64,000 bases of DNA from the human T2T-CHM13v2.0 reference genome, Homo sapiens: the NCBI RefSeq assembly GCF_009914755.1, contig NC_060929.1; one strand, 5' to 3'. The notes beneath the pieces are model-generated. The model saw only the letters and a list, made by a program, of their open reading frames with translations, did no database searches and was not told where the DNA came from. This document shows, piece by piece, positions 12,287-25,078 of this stretch. Within the stretch, counting starts at the first letter, position 1. The number at the start of each line of letters is the position of its first letter. The position numbers were made by a program, and so were the translations under genes.

Positions 12287-13026
12287 AGGGAAGACAGACT
12301 CCTGCTCGGAACACACGAGGGCTTCTCCTCACTGCCGGATTGTGCCCTCAAAGCCGCGCTGAGGCAGGACAGCACCAGACATGGGTACAGGAGACCTCAC
12401 CCCCTTTCTAAAGCCCAGGGCAGAGCCCTGCAGAGAGCCCCAGCCTTCAGGAGGCAGGGTGGACCTTCAGCCTCGGCGGCCTGACTCCCTGATGGCAAAG
12501 CTCTGCCCCCGACACACAAAACAGCTCCCTCCCAGGGTGAGATTGAAATGCAGGTGGCGTGATGTCCAACAACCGGTTTGGTGTTTTTTGGCGTCATAGG
12601 GACCCAAGCAGACCCGGAAACCAGCCGGCTGGCAGAGCTTCAGTCAGGGGCTCTGCCCTACCCAAGCTTGGTTTTTATAATGAGGACAAAAAATTGACTC
12701 ATCACTTCACAGGATGTCCAAAGAAAACAGAAGTCCCTGGAAAGGCTGAGTCTCTTGGAAACGTTGACTACTGCTAGAGTTCACAGATTTCAATGATGTC
12801 GTGTCGTGGACTGACTGTCCTCATGGCTCTGCACCCGCAGAGGTGGCTTTGCAAGAGCGACAGTCAGTGAGGCGTTTGCTCGGCACCGTTTTTTCTGGTC
12901 CGATGGCTACTTGTTTTTGTTGTAGTTTTTAACACATTTTCACCATCATTATCAGCTTTAGATGCAGAAAGGCTTTTGGAATTGCACCTTTTAAACACCG
13001 ATGTGACTCAGCTGCCATCTGTTCTA

Positions 13027-13253
13027 TTTTTTTTTTTTTTTTTTGGAGATGGAGTCTCACTCTGTTGCCCAGGCTGGAGTGCAGTAGCGCAATCTCAGCT
13101 CCGCCACCAAGCCCAGCTAATTTTTTGTATTTTAGTAGACATGGAGTTTCACGGTGTTGCCCAGGCTGGTCTCGAACTCCTGAGCTCAGGCGATCCGCCT
13201 GCCTCGGCCTCCCAAAGCGCTAGGATTACAGGCGTGAGCCACTGCACCCAGCC
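13027..13253 (-). mobile_element. AluS with ~70-bp internal deletion in the right arm
   Basis: Poly-T plus Alu body that jumps ctcagctc|cgccacc. TSD agctg(c/t)catct(g/a)ttcta at 13010-13026 and 13254-13270. Confidence 0.92.
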
Positions 13254-14304
13254 AGCTGTCATCTATTCTAAACACACAGAACTGTTTTCATCTTCAGATC
13301 TTGAAAATAAGCCAAAAATGTAAACTCTGGGAATTTGTGTATATCTGTATCCATCTATATGATCACATGTACATATATATGCATCTCATATGGATCCTAC
13401 ATTTTTATCTGTTTATATTTTAAAAAAGCATATTGTTTGTGGGGCTTGGAGGGTTGGCTCTGTGTATTCCTCCTAATACATGCTTTCTGGACTTCTCATA
13501 ATCTGCTTTCGTCTTGCTTTTAGCAGAGTATGATTTCAGAAGTCAAAAAATCCAGAATATGCCAGGAGAGCGTGATTGTTAAATATGCTGTGTGCATTTT
13601 GTGGCAAATGTCCAGCTACATGGACTGCCTAAAATCTCGGATTGGATCAATGTTCACGGCCACTAGCTTTACTTAGAGAATGAAACTTCCCCAGTGGTCA
13701 TTAACTGCTCAGTAAACTGTCTGAAGATTCCATGTTGCTGTGGGATTAATAAAGCCCACATTAAGAAAGATGAAGTTAATCATGACGTTGGAGGGGCTCC
13801 TTCATCACGGCCTCACACCCACTGTCACTGGCTCCCACCATCAGCACCTAAAGACCGTCGTGAGCCCTGCAATAGGAATCAGTAGCTCGGAAACTGAAGT
13901 GCTGGGCAGGGATTCGCTAGGTGTAAATCACATCTTTTGAGATCTTTGGATTTTTTGGTTCACACTCCTGGTTCCCGTCTTACACAGAGTAGCAGGGAGA
14001 GCCAGGGCTCAGCGGTTGCGGGACTATCTCCCGGGACGGAAGGTGCAAGGTCCTGGCTTTCCACGTGTCCCTCGGAGACCCCCTGGAGCCAGGAGCAGGT
14101 GATTAGGCACCCTGGAAGTCGGAGGCTCAGGGGTAGCCAGGGAGCACCTCATGAGGGGCGGGATGGGCAGACTTCACCACATTCTCATGTTTGAACCAGG
14201 ACAGTTTTGCTTCCTGCGGAGCTGTGAGCAGGCCAGGAGTGGGAGCTCTTTCTGTGGAGAGGACCTCACATGGACTCAGGTATTCAGGGTTGAGGAGGTG
14301 GGCA

Positions 14305-17300
14305 GTGTGTGTGTGTGTGTGTGTGAGAGAGTGCGTGCGTGTGTGCACGTGTGTACGCACACTTATGTGTGTGCATGTGCACACCTCTGCATGTGTATGT
14401 GTGTGGGGTGTAAGCATTTATGTGTACATTTGTGTATGTGTGATATGTGTGTGTGAGATGTGTGTACCCCATCCATGAGCAGAGTGTGCTGTGTGAGTGT
14501 ATATGTGTGTGGTGTCTGTGTGCATGTGTGGTATATGTGGTGTGTATCTGTGATGTGTGTGGTATATGTGTTATGTATGGGTGATGTATAATGCGTGTGT
14601 ATCTATGGTGTGTGTTCAATGTATGTGTGATATGTGGTATGTGGGGTGTGTATGGGTGTGTGGTACAAGAGATTTGATATGTGTGGTGTGTGATGTTAGT
14701 TTGTGGGTCATGTGTGGTGTGTGTGGTATGAGCCTGTGCTATGCGATGTGTGTTATATGTAGTTGTGGTGCGTGATGTGTGGTTTATTGTGTGTGGTGTG
14801 AGTGGTGTGGTATGTGTGGTGTGTGATGTGTGCCATGTGGTATATGATGTGTGACATGTGTGAGTGTGTGTGATGTATGGGGTGTCAGTGTGTGGTGCAT
14901 GTGGTGTGTGATGTGCCTGGCATGTTTTATCTTAGTGTGTGGTATGTGTGATGTGAGCCTGTGGTATGTGATATGTGTTATGGGCAGTATGCTGTGTGTG
15001 CTGTGTGGCATGTATAGTGAATAGTGAATGCGTTATCTGTGGTGGGTGATGTGTGATGTGTGTGGTTGTATGGGTGTGTGATGTATGATGTCAGTGTGGT
15101 GTGTGATGTGTGTGGTATGAGCCTGTGGTATATGATGTGTATTATGTGCGGTATCTGGTGTATGATGTGTGGTATGATTGTGTGGTATTTGTGGTGTGTG
15201 GTGTGTAATGTGTGTGTTGTGTGTGTGGCGTGGGAGGTACATAGTTTGTGGTGTGTGGAGTGTGTTGTGTGCGTGGTGTGTGATGTATGTGGTGTGTGAT
15301 GTGTGGTGTGTGGTATGAGTTGGGTGGTATCTGTAGTGTGTGTTGTGTGTGTGGAATGTGATATATGTGGTGTGCTGTGTGTGGTATGAGTTGAGTGGTA
15401 TCTGTGGTGTGTGATATGTGTTGTGTCTGTGGCATGTGATGTATGTAGTGTGTGTTGTGTGTTTTGTGTGTGATGTATATGGTATGTGGTGTGTGGTGTT
15501 TGATACGAGTAGTTTGGTATCTGTGGTGTGTGATGTGTGTGTCTGTTTAGCGTGTTATGTATGTGGTGTGTGTTTTGTGGTGTGTGGTATGAGTTGTTTG
15601 GTATCTGTGGTGTGTGGTGTGTGTATTGTATGTGGTGTGTGTGATGTATGTGGTATGTAGTGTGTGGTGTGTGGCGTGAGTTGTGTGGTATGTGATGTGT
15701 GTGGTGTGTGGCGTGTGCTGTATGTGGTGTGTGGAATGTGTTGTGTGTGTGGTGTGTCACGTGTGTGGTGTGTGTTGTATGGTGTGTGATGTGTGGCGTG
15801 TGGTATGAGTTGTGTGGTATCTGTGGTGTGTGATGTGTGTGGTGTGTGATGCACGTGGTGTATGATACGTGGCATGAGGTATGAGTTGTGTGGTGTCTGT
15901 GGTGTGTGCTGTGTGTGTGGTTATTGTGTATGTGGTGTGTGATGTGTGGCGTGTGATGTGAGTTGTGTGGTATCTGTGGTGTGTGAAGTGTGTGTGGTGT
16001 GTGATGCACGTGGTGTGTGATGTGTGGCGTGTGGTATGAGTTGTGTGGTATCTGTGGTGTGTGATGTGTGTGTGGTGTGTGATGCACGTGGTGTGTGATA
16101 TGTGGCATGAGGTATGAGTTGTGTGGTGTCTGTGGTGTGTGATGTGTGTGGTGTGTGATGCACTTGGTGTGTGATGTGTGGCGTGTGGTATGAGTTGTGT
16201 GGTGTCTGTGGTGTGTGATGTGTGTGGTGTGTGATTTATGTGGTGTGTGATGTGTGGCGTGTGGTATGAGTTGTGTGATGTCTGTGGTGTGTGATGTGTG
16301 TGTGGTGTATTGTGTATGTGGTGTGTGATGTGTGGCGTGTGATATGAGTTGTGTGGTATCTGTGGTGTGTGAAGTGTGTGTTGTGTGTGTGGTGTGTGAT
16401 GCACGTGGTGTGTGATGTGTGGCATGTGGTATGAGTTGTGTGGTATCTGTGGTGTGTGATGTGTGTGTTGTGTGTGTGGTGTGTGATGCAGGTGGTGTGT
16501 GATGTGTGGCGTGTGGTATGAGTTGTGTGGTATCTGTGGTGTGTGATATGCGGTGTATTGTGCATGTGGTGTGCGATGTGTGGCGTGTGGTATGAGTTGT
16601 GTGGTATCTGTGGTGTGTGATGTGTGTGTTGTGTGTGTGGTGTGTGATGCAGGTGGTGTGTGGTGTGGCGTGTGGTATGAGTTGTGTGGTGTCTGTAGTG
16701 TGTGATGTGTGTGTGGTGTATTGTGTATGTGGTGTGTGATGTGTGGCGTGTGGTATGAGTTGTGTGGTATCTGTGGTGTGTGATGTGTGTGTGTGTGGTG
16801 TGTGATGCACGTGGTGTGTGATGTGTGGCGTGTGGTATGAGTTGTGTGGTGTCTGTAGTGTGTGATGTGTGTGTGGTGTATTGTGTATGTGGTGTGTGAT
16901 GTGTGGCGTGTGGTATGAGTTGTGTGGTATCTGTGGTGTGTGATGTGTGTGTGTGTGGTGTGTGATGCACGTGGTGTGTGATGTGTGGCGTGTGGTATGA
17001 GTTGTGTGGTGTCTGTAGTGTGTGATGTGTGTGTGGTGTATTGTGTATGTGGTGTGTGATGTGTGGCGTGTGGTATGAGTTGTGTGGTATCTTTGGTGTG
17101 TGATGTGTGTGTGGTGTATTGTGTATGTGGTGTGTGATGTGTGGCGTGTGATATGAGTTGTGTGGTATCTGTGGTGTGTGAAGTGTGTGTTGTGTGTGTG
17201 GTGTGTGATGCACGTAGTGTGTGATGTGTGGCATGTGGTATGAGTTGTGTGGTATCTGTGGTGTGTGATGTGTGTGTGGTGTATTGTGTATGTGGTGTGT

Positions 17301-19641
17301 GATGTGTGGCGTGTGATATGAGTTGTGTGGTATCTGTGGTGTGTGATGTGTGTGTGGTGTATTGTGTATGTGGTGTGTGATGTGTGGCGTGTGATATGAG
17401 TTGTGTGGTATCTGTGGTGTGTGAAGTGTGTGTTGTGTGTGTGGTGTGTGATGCACGTGGTGTGTGATGTGTGGCATGTGGTATGAGTTGTGTGGTATCT
17501 GTGGTGTGTGATGTGTGTGTTGTGTGTGTGGTGTGTGATGCAGGTGGTGTGTGATGTGTGGCGTGTGGTATGAGTTGTGTGGAATCTGTGGTGTGTGATA
17601 TGCGGTGTATTGTGTATGTGGTGTGTGATGTGTGGCGTGTGGTATGAGTTGTGTGGTATCTGTGGTGTGTGATATGCAGTGTATTGTGTATGTGGTGTGT
17701 GATGTGTGGCGTGTGGTATGAGTTGTGTGGTATCTGTGGTGTGTGATGTGTGTGTTGTGTGTGTGGTGTGTGATGCAGGTGGTGTGTGATGTGTGGCGTG
17801 TGGTATGAGTTGTGTGGTGTCTGTAGTGTGTGATGTGTGTGTGGTGTATTGTGTATGTGGTGTGTGATGTGTGGCGTGTGGTATGAGTTGTGTGGTATCT
17901 GTGGTGTGTGATGTGTGTGTTGTGTGCGTGGTGTGTGATGCAGGTGGTGTGTGATGTGTGGCGTGTGGTATGAGTTGTGTGGTATCTGTGGTGTGTGATG
18001 TGTGTGTTGTGTGTGTGGTGTGTGATGCAGGTGGTGTGTGATGTGTGGCGTGTGGTATGAGTTGTGTGGTGTCTGTAGTGTGTGATGTGTGTGTGGTGTA
18101 TTGTGTATGTGGTGTGTGATGTGTGGTATGAGTTGTGTGGTATCTGTGGTGTGTGATGTGTGTGTGGTGTATTGTGTATGTGGTGTGTGATGTGTGGCGT
18201 GTGGTATGAGTTGTGTGGTATCTGTGGTGTGTGATATGCGGTGTATTGTGTATGTGGTGTGTGATGTGTGGCGTGTGGTATGAGTTGTGTGGTATCTGTG
18301 GTGTGTGATGTGTGTGTTGTGTGTGTGGTGTGTGATGCAGGTGGTGTGTGATGTGTGGCGTGTGGTATGAGTTGTGTGGTGTCTGTGGTGTGTGATGTGT
18401 GTGTGGTGTATTGTGTATGTGGTGTGTGATGTGTGGCGTGTGGTATGAGTTGTGTGGTGTCTGTGGTGTGTGATGTGTGTGTGGTGTATTGTGTATGTGG
18501 TGTGTGATGTGTGGCGTGTGGTATGAGTTGTGTGGTATCTGTGGTGTGTGATGTGTGTGTTGTGTGGTATCTGTGGTGTGTGATGCACGTGGTGTGTGAT
18601 GTGTGGCATGTGGTATGAGTTGTGTGGTATCTGTGGTGTGTGATGTGTGTGTTGTGTGGTATCTGTGGTGTGTGATGCACTTGGTGTGTGGGGTGTGGCG
18701 TGTGGTATGAGTTGTGTGGAATCTGTGGTGTGTCATGTGTGTGTGGTGTATTGTGTATGTGGTGTGTGATGTGTGGCGTGTGGTATGAGTTGTGTGGTGT
18801 CTGTGGTGTGTGATGTGTGTGTGGTGTATTGTGTATGTGGTGTGTGATGTGTGGCGTGTGGTATGAGTTGTGTGGTGTCTGTGGTGTGTGATATGCGGTG
18901 TATTGTGTATGTGGTGTGTGATGTGTGGCGTGTGGTAGGAGTTGTGTGGTATCTGTGGTGTGTGATGTGTGTGTTGTGTGTGTGGTGTGTGATGCAGGTG
19001 GTGTGTGATGTGTGGCGTGTGGTATGAGTTGTGTGGTGTCTGTGGTGTGTGATGTGTGTGTGGTGTATTGTGTATGTGGTGTGTGATGTGTGGCGTGTGG
19101 TATGAGTTGTGTGGTGTCTGTGGTGTGTGATGTGTGTGTGGTGTATTGTGTATGTGGTGTGTGATGTGTGGCGTGTGGTATGAGTTGTGTGGTATCTGTG
19201 GTGTGTGATGTGTGTGTTGTGTGGTATCTGTGGTGTGTGATGCACGTGGTGTGTGATGTGTGGCATGTGGTATGAGTTGTGTGGTATCTGTGGTGTGTGA
19301 TGTGTGTGTTGTGTGGTATCTGTGGTGTGTGATGCACTTGGTGTGTGGGGTGTGGCGTGTGGTATGAGTTGTGTGGAATCTGTGGTGTGTCATGTGTGTG
19401 TGGTGTATTGTGTATGTGGTGTGTGATGTGTGGCGTGTGGTATGAGTTGTGTGGTGTCTGTGGTGTGTGATATGCGGTGTATTGTGTATGTGGTGTGTGA
19501 TGTGTGGCGTGTGGTAGGAGTTGTGTGGTATCTGTGGTGTGTGATGTGTGTGTTGTGTGTGTGGTGTGTGATGCACTTGGTGTGTGGGGTGTGGCGTGTG
19601 GTATGAGTTGTGTGGAATCTGTGGTGTGTCATGTGTGTGTG
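14305..19641. repeat. ~5.3 kb TG-rich compound repeat: degenerate (TG)n grading into a 74-87 bp minisatellite
   Basis: Recurrent core gtgtgatgtgtggcgtgtggtatgagttgtgtggtatctgtgg. Core spacings of 74, 87, 78 and 87 bp were measured at 17641-17967. Confidence 0.97.
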
Positions 19642-19719
19642 CAAAGCTTCAGTTTACCAGTCGGTAGGGTGGCATGAGGTCCCCCTGTTTACGGGGCTTC
19701 TTGAATTTGGGATGGGAGG

Positions 19720-20300
19720 AGGTGTGAAGGCAGCTGTGGGCGCACCAGCTGGAGCGCGGCGGCTTTCACCAGCCTTGAGGCTGATCCTCCTCCTGACCCG
19801 GCGCGGTGGGGCTGGGTCCCAGGCTGGCTCCCCGCCCTCCCTCCTACTGTGATCCCAGGACCCTCGGCCACCGCCCTTCCTGCCCAGGCCCGTCCTGGGA
19901 CCCGGGTGGCCCTCGTCATAGAAGGCTGTGTTGCCCCCAGCAAGAGCAAAGCCACCGCTCCACGCCTGCCCGGGGAATTGGTGGCCGAGCTTATCTGGGA
20001 CCACTGGTCCACGCGATGCCCCGTGACGGGCCAGGAAGGGTTCAGGCTTGGAAATGTCGGACGGGGACGACTCTGGGCCTTGCTGGTTGGTGGAGCTGGG
20101 AGCAGCTTCATTCTCCTCTGACTGTGTGGACACAGCCCTCAAGGGGAGAGGGCCGCATCCCTGTTCCCCGCCTTCCTCGCCATGACTGGACGCAGCGGGG
20201 CGCCCTGTCCCTGCCTGGAGCTCTTCCAGCTCAGGGCCCCATCAGCGCCACCACCTTGGACTGCCGCCATCCAGGGCGCAGGGCCCGCTGCCCCACACCT
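19720..20300. promoter_or_regulatory. GC/CpG-rich segment (weak CpG-island-like, possible enhancer)
   Basis: CpG is visibly enriched relative to the flanks (ggagcgcggcgg, acccggcgcgg, gtcggacggggacg). No repeat is recognised here. Confidence 0.4.
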
Positions 20301-20444
20301 GAGGGACACAGCCAGGCTTTCTGCTTGGCCTGCTGTTCTCTACGTCTCACAGGCGTCTTGCTTTCCACCATGCAACTTCACAATCTGCCCAAATGTCCTT
20401 TTATTAAAACTAGTCGACAAAGTCCCAAAGCCCTAGCTGTTCGG

Positions 20445-20479
20445 CGTGTGTGTGTGTGTGTGTGAGCGCGCGCGTGCGT
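20445..20479. repeat. (GT)n-(GC)n alternating purine/pyrimidine tract
   Basis: gcgtgtgtgtgtgtgtgtgtgagcgcgcgcgtgcgtg. Confidence 0.9.
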
Positions 20480-22027
20480 GGGGTTAAGTGTTTCCATAAT
20501 TGCATCTCTCTTGAAAATCAAAACAGAACAAACCGTGCTTTACGTACGAGTAAGAGTCATGATTCAACAATGGGGCCTGCCTGAAGGAGCTGCCTATTTA
20601 GTCACATACCACAGCAACCTACTGGCTTGTCATTTTATGATCTGGCACGGAGCCGACGGCGCACACGGTGTCTTGGGCAGCCTCGGGAGCCCGTGACAGT
20701 GCTGTGACCAGCGGGGGCCAGTCCTGTCCTTCAGATGCTGTGAAGGGCTTGTGCTGGGTGGTAAATAGCACAGGACTTTTCCAAGCCCACCGCAAGGCAG
20801 GCGACGCGCATAAAGGCATTTCCATATTTCTGCAAACTCACAAAGTATGAGACGTTTCCCTTTCATATTTAATAAAGATCTCCTCCGTCAGCTGCAGACA
20901 GTGATAAGTGTAATATCCTTAAATGGTTAATCCAGGGATCATGGCTCAAGTGCTTTCCGAGGGCTGGGGCAGAAAGGCTGTCGGTAGCTGCTGTGTGCAT
21001 TTCATAAACCCAGGGAAGAAATATATATTTTTTTGATTTGGCTTTTTACTCTATCTTAAATGCTTTATTTTTCAGGGGTGAGATAAGGCCTGGTTCTTCA
21101 CATAAAACTAGAGCTTAGCCGTTCCTGCGTCTCCCTCCGTTAAGGAAAAGGTCCTGTCTGTGCACAGATGTCTCAGATTAAATTGTATCTCATAGTCCTT
21201 ACAGTGCTCAGCACTAGATGAACTGCCAACAGGGCCGTAGGCAAGAACTAAATTGCTTTGGTTTCAGTACACAGTGAATTTGGCTCAGACAAGCTGAATC
21301 AGTACATTAAATGCGAATCCCTCACAGATTTGAAAGCAGCCTTTAGCACAATTATTGACTGTGAGTGATGATTGCGTCTAATTGAAGGAGACTTTTGCTA
21401 CCTGTGGCTCTGCTGGAGTCCACCCGCGCCGCGGCGGGCGCTGCGTCTTAATTCAATGTTCCGGCTTCAGAGCAGCCGTGGAAGCCGGGCCCTGAAGTGT
21501 GTGCACATGGTCGATAAACTGTAATAAACTTTACGGGTTCGGTAACGAGGCTGCGTGTATAATTCAATTTTTTAATTCTGGAAAAGAAAATAGCTAACAA
21601 GTATGTCGGGCTGCAATAATGCATTACTTCCCCACGTGCGGCCACCACCCCCGAAACAGGAGGAGGCCCGACTCCCCACCGAGGGTCGCCCCTGGCTGGT
21701 TTCACGCCTTCCCGGGGAGGGCCAGCCCGGCTGCCTGGACGAGCACCAATTCTCAGCAAATTTGTGAGGCAAACAAAATAATGTGACAATTTCGTATCTT
21801 TTGTTATGGAGATTATGCCAAGGATCCGGGAAACGGATGGATTTCTTAACAGATTCCGCCGGCCTGCCTAGACCTAGCCTGTCCTGAGTAACTCCTACCC
21901 TGGCCACCAGGCTCCAGATATGGCTTAATCCTGCCCCAAAGTTACTGATTTTTCTCAGGGAACTAAAGGCAGTTTTCTTATGGGTCTTACATTTAGAATC
22001 TTATTTTTTCGTGTTCTTTGAAAAAGG

Positions 22028-22335
22028 CACACACACACGCATGCACACACACACACACACACACCAGCAGACCCTGTCAATGTGTTGGCTGTGGATGTCT
22101 CTTTCCCCAAGTGCATGTGTGTGTGCGTGTGTGCATGTATGTGTGTGTGCGTGTGTGCATGTGTACTTGTGTGTGTGTGTGCATGTGTGCACGCGTGTGT
22201 GCATGTGTGTGCATGCCTGTGCATGTGTGCGTGTGTGCATGTGTGTGTGCATGTGTGTGCATGCATGTGCACGTGTGCATGTGTGTGCGTGTGTGCACGT
22301 GTGTGCATATGTGTGTGTGCACACACGCGCACATG
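22028..22335. repeat. (CA)n tract followed by a TG/TGCA compound microsatellite
   Basis: CA run at 22028-22063. Repeated gtgtgtgcat units at 22111-22335. Confidence 0.92.
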
Positions 22336-22387
22336 TGGTTTTAACCCATGGGCAGTTTTCTAGTTTGAGCAAATTCATTTTGAATGA

Positions 22388-22722
<335 letters not shown>

Positions 22723-23547
22723 TTGACATAATTTTCAAGAGCACTTTATGGCAGGGTTTGTAAATAAATTCCTTTCCTTCTCTGAAACTCAGAGCTCAGC
22801 CATGCTTCTCTGTGAACTCATTCCTTAGGCTTTGCACAATCCTGGTCTCCAGGCTTGTTTGCCATTAATCTTCCTTGTGAGGAATGGGCCAGTGTCCACA
22901 TGGATTTGTGCTATGATTTTTTTGTAAATTGGAGCATTTGTTAGAGCAATAAACACACAACCCTACCCAGGACTGAGTTGATTCTGAAAGCAGTCGGAAC
23001 GACAGAAGTTCATTCTCCGCACTCACAGGGGCCCAGGGTATGCCTGGCTGCCTCGCACCCCCAGGTCCCGCGGCTGTGACACGTCTGCTGCCTCTGGACC
23101 CAGGTCTCAGCTCACATCGGCGTGTCTGTGAGCCTGTCTCACAAAGACTCAAGATGAAGCATTTCTGCTGGGTTCACTAGAAGCCTATGTAGCATTTTGT
23201 TCAGTGTTTAAATTGGGAACAAAATATTAATTCACCATTTCAAGGTGATTGCCTCACCCTTTCTTTTTAAAACTCGGGTCAGCCCCTTGGGAAATCATTC
23301 TAGGGGTCTGGAAGGGGTTGGGGGCAACACACTCACCAGGTGCCTTCTTAGACCTTATCTCTGAATCTCAGGGGAGGCCACGGAGAAACGTCTGCCCTGC
23401 ATCCAGCAAGATTCTCATGAAAAGAAAAAAGGACACTCTTTATGATTTAAGAACTTCCAAAACAATAGCTAAATGCTAGGTGACAAACACTTGTCTAGTG
23501 TCATTATTTCTGATTTCTCATTTATTCAACAACACATGTTTACTAAG

Positions 23548-23889
23548 TGTTATGAAATAAATGTTTGGAGGCCCCCAAAATTTATATTTTCAAACTTCAG
23601 GCACCAATGTGATGGTATTTGGCGGCCTTTGGCAGGCGATTATATAATGAGAGCTGCACCCTCATGAATGGGATTAGTGCCCTTCGGAGAAGAGGCAGGG
23701 GGACTTCCTTCCTCTCTGCCACAGGGAGAGAAGGGAGCTGTCTGCAGCCCAGGGGAGGCCAGCACCAGCCCCGACCTCACGCACCTTGACCTTGGACCTC
23801 CCGTCTCCAGAACAGCGGGGAATGAATATGCTGTGTAAGCCTCCCAGCATCTGGTGTTTTTGTTATAGCAGCTTCAGCTGCCTGAGACA
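23548..23889 (+). mobile_element. MLT1A-type solo LTR
   Basis: Starts tgttatga, contains ccctcatgaatgggattagtgccctt and caccttgaccttggac, and ends ttgttatagcagc...tgagaca. Confidence 0.8.
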
Positions 23890-25078
23890 CTGAGCATAGC
23901 TGCAGCCGACGTTCTGGTGAGGCTCCTAGAAAGCAATTCGCCATGAAGAGGCACAGACTCTACTTAAAAGGCGACATAAATCTCCCTTTAAGGAGATTCA
24001 CTAAGGCAGGTGCTCACATAACTGACTGCACCCCAGTATATGGGTTTTAAACGTATGAATGACACACAAGGGGCTTGGTTCAATGCCTTTATCTGCTAGG
24101 GGTCGAATGCAATGACAGTTTACTGAATTAAATTGGATTCCAGAACTTAAGGAGAGGAAGTCAGTCTCTCCAGCAGGGAGCCCAGACACACTGCTGTAGC
24201 ACAGAAGAAAACTGAGTGGCTGAAGGCACTCACACTCTCTGCCATTTCCTATTTCTCCTAACCCTCCAAGCAGTGTGCATTTTTATTTGGAGAAATATTA
24301 TTTTGGATAAGTGCAAGATTTACTAAAATAAATAACAAGCTCTTACAGGAAACTTCTAGACTCCATTGACTCAAGGGCAAAAAGTCTTGATTTTCTTTAA
24401 AAAGTTGGCTCTTGTAGAAGTTCCAGCACCCATAGTCCTCCTTCTGTTGGGACAAATATGCTGATTGCCAAGGTATTGAATTTCTCAAGCCAATGGCTGC
24501 ATGCTTTTATGGTTCTTTCTCACATAGTTTAGTAGGCGATTTAAGGCTATATTTATTATTAAAAAGGAGAGAACACTTCTCAACGGGGGCTCTATGAGCA
24601 CGGCTATTCCAAACATGATGCCTGAGAGCTGTGATTAGACTTTTAAATGCAGAGAAGCCCCTTTGCTTTGCTCCCTCCTGAGATGCTATCTCACCAACCC
24701 TGATCCTGACCCAGTGGACACACGGCCCGGGCCCAGGCCACTCTGCAGAGGCTGGCAGGTCTATTCTGGTCTGTTGGCCACCTCCTGCCACCTACTTCCT
24801 CTGTTGAGCAAGCCTCATTGCCTGTGGGTTCTCACCCATCTTTCTGGGCAGGGTGCCATGGAGTTAGCCTGCTGTTTCCTACAGGGGTGACCTTGGACAC
24901 ATGTCTTCTTCTCTCCATGCCTCAAGTTCCCATGGGGAAAGTGGAGAGGATGAAGCAGGCCCTACCCTCCGGGGTTGCTGGGGAGTCACCGTGCACAGGC
25001 AGCTTTCTCAGGGGAAGTGTGTCTGGTACACTCGTAGTTCTCTGGACTGCTGGCCGTTGTGGCTGTCACTGTCAACAC

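Noticed and set aside
14978-19576. 1532-aa, 1033-aa and 950-aa His/Thr/Pro-rich ORFs on the minus strand
   Set aside because: All three frames are open because the CA-rich strand rarely forms stop codons. They are translations of the TG minisatellite and show no gene features.
19654-20465. Overlapping 140-219 aa ORFs in the GC-rich segment
   Set aside because: Both strands are open, composition is low-complexity Pro/Gly/Arg/Ala, and no domain is recognisable. This is expected by chance in GC-rich DNA.
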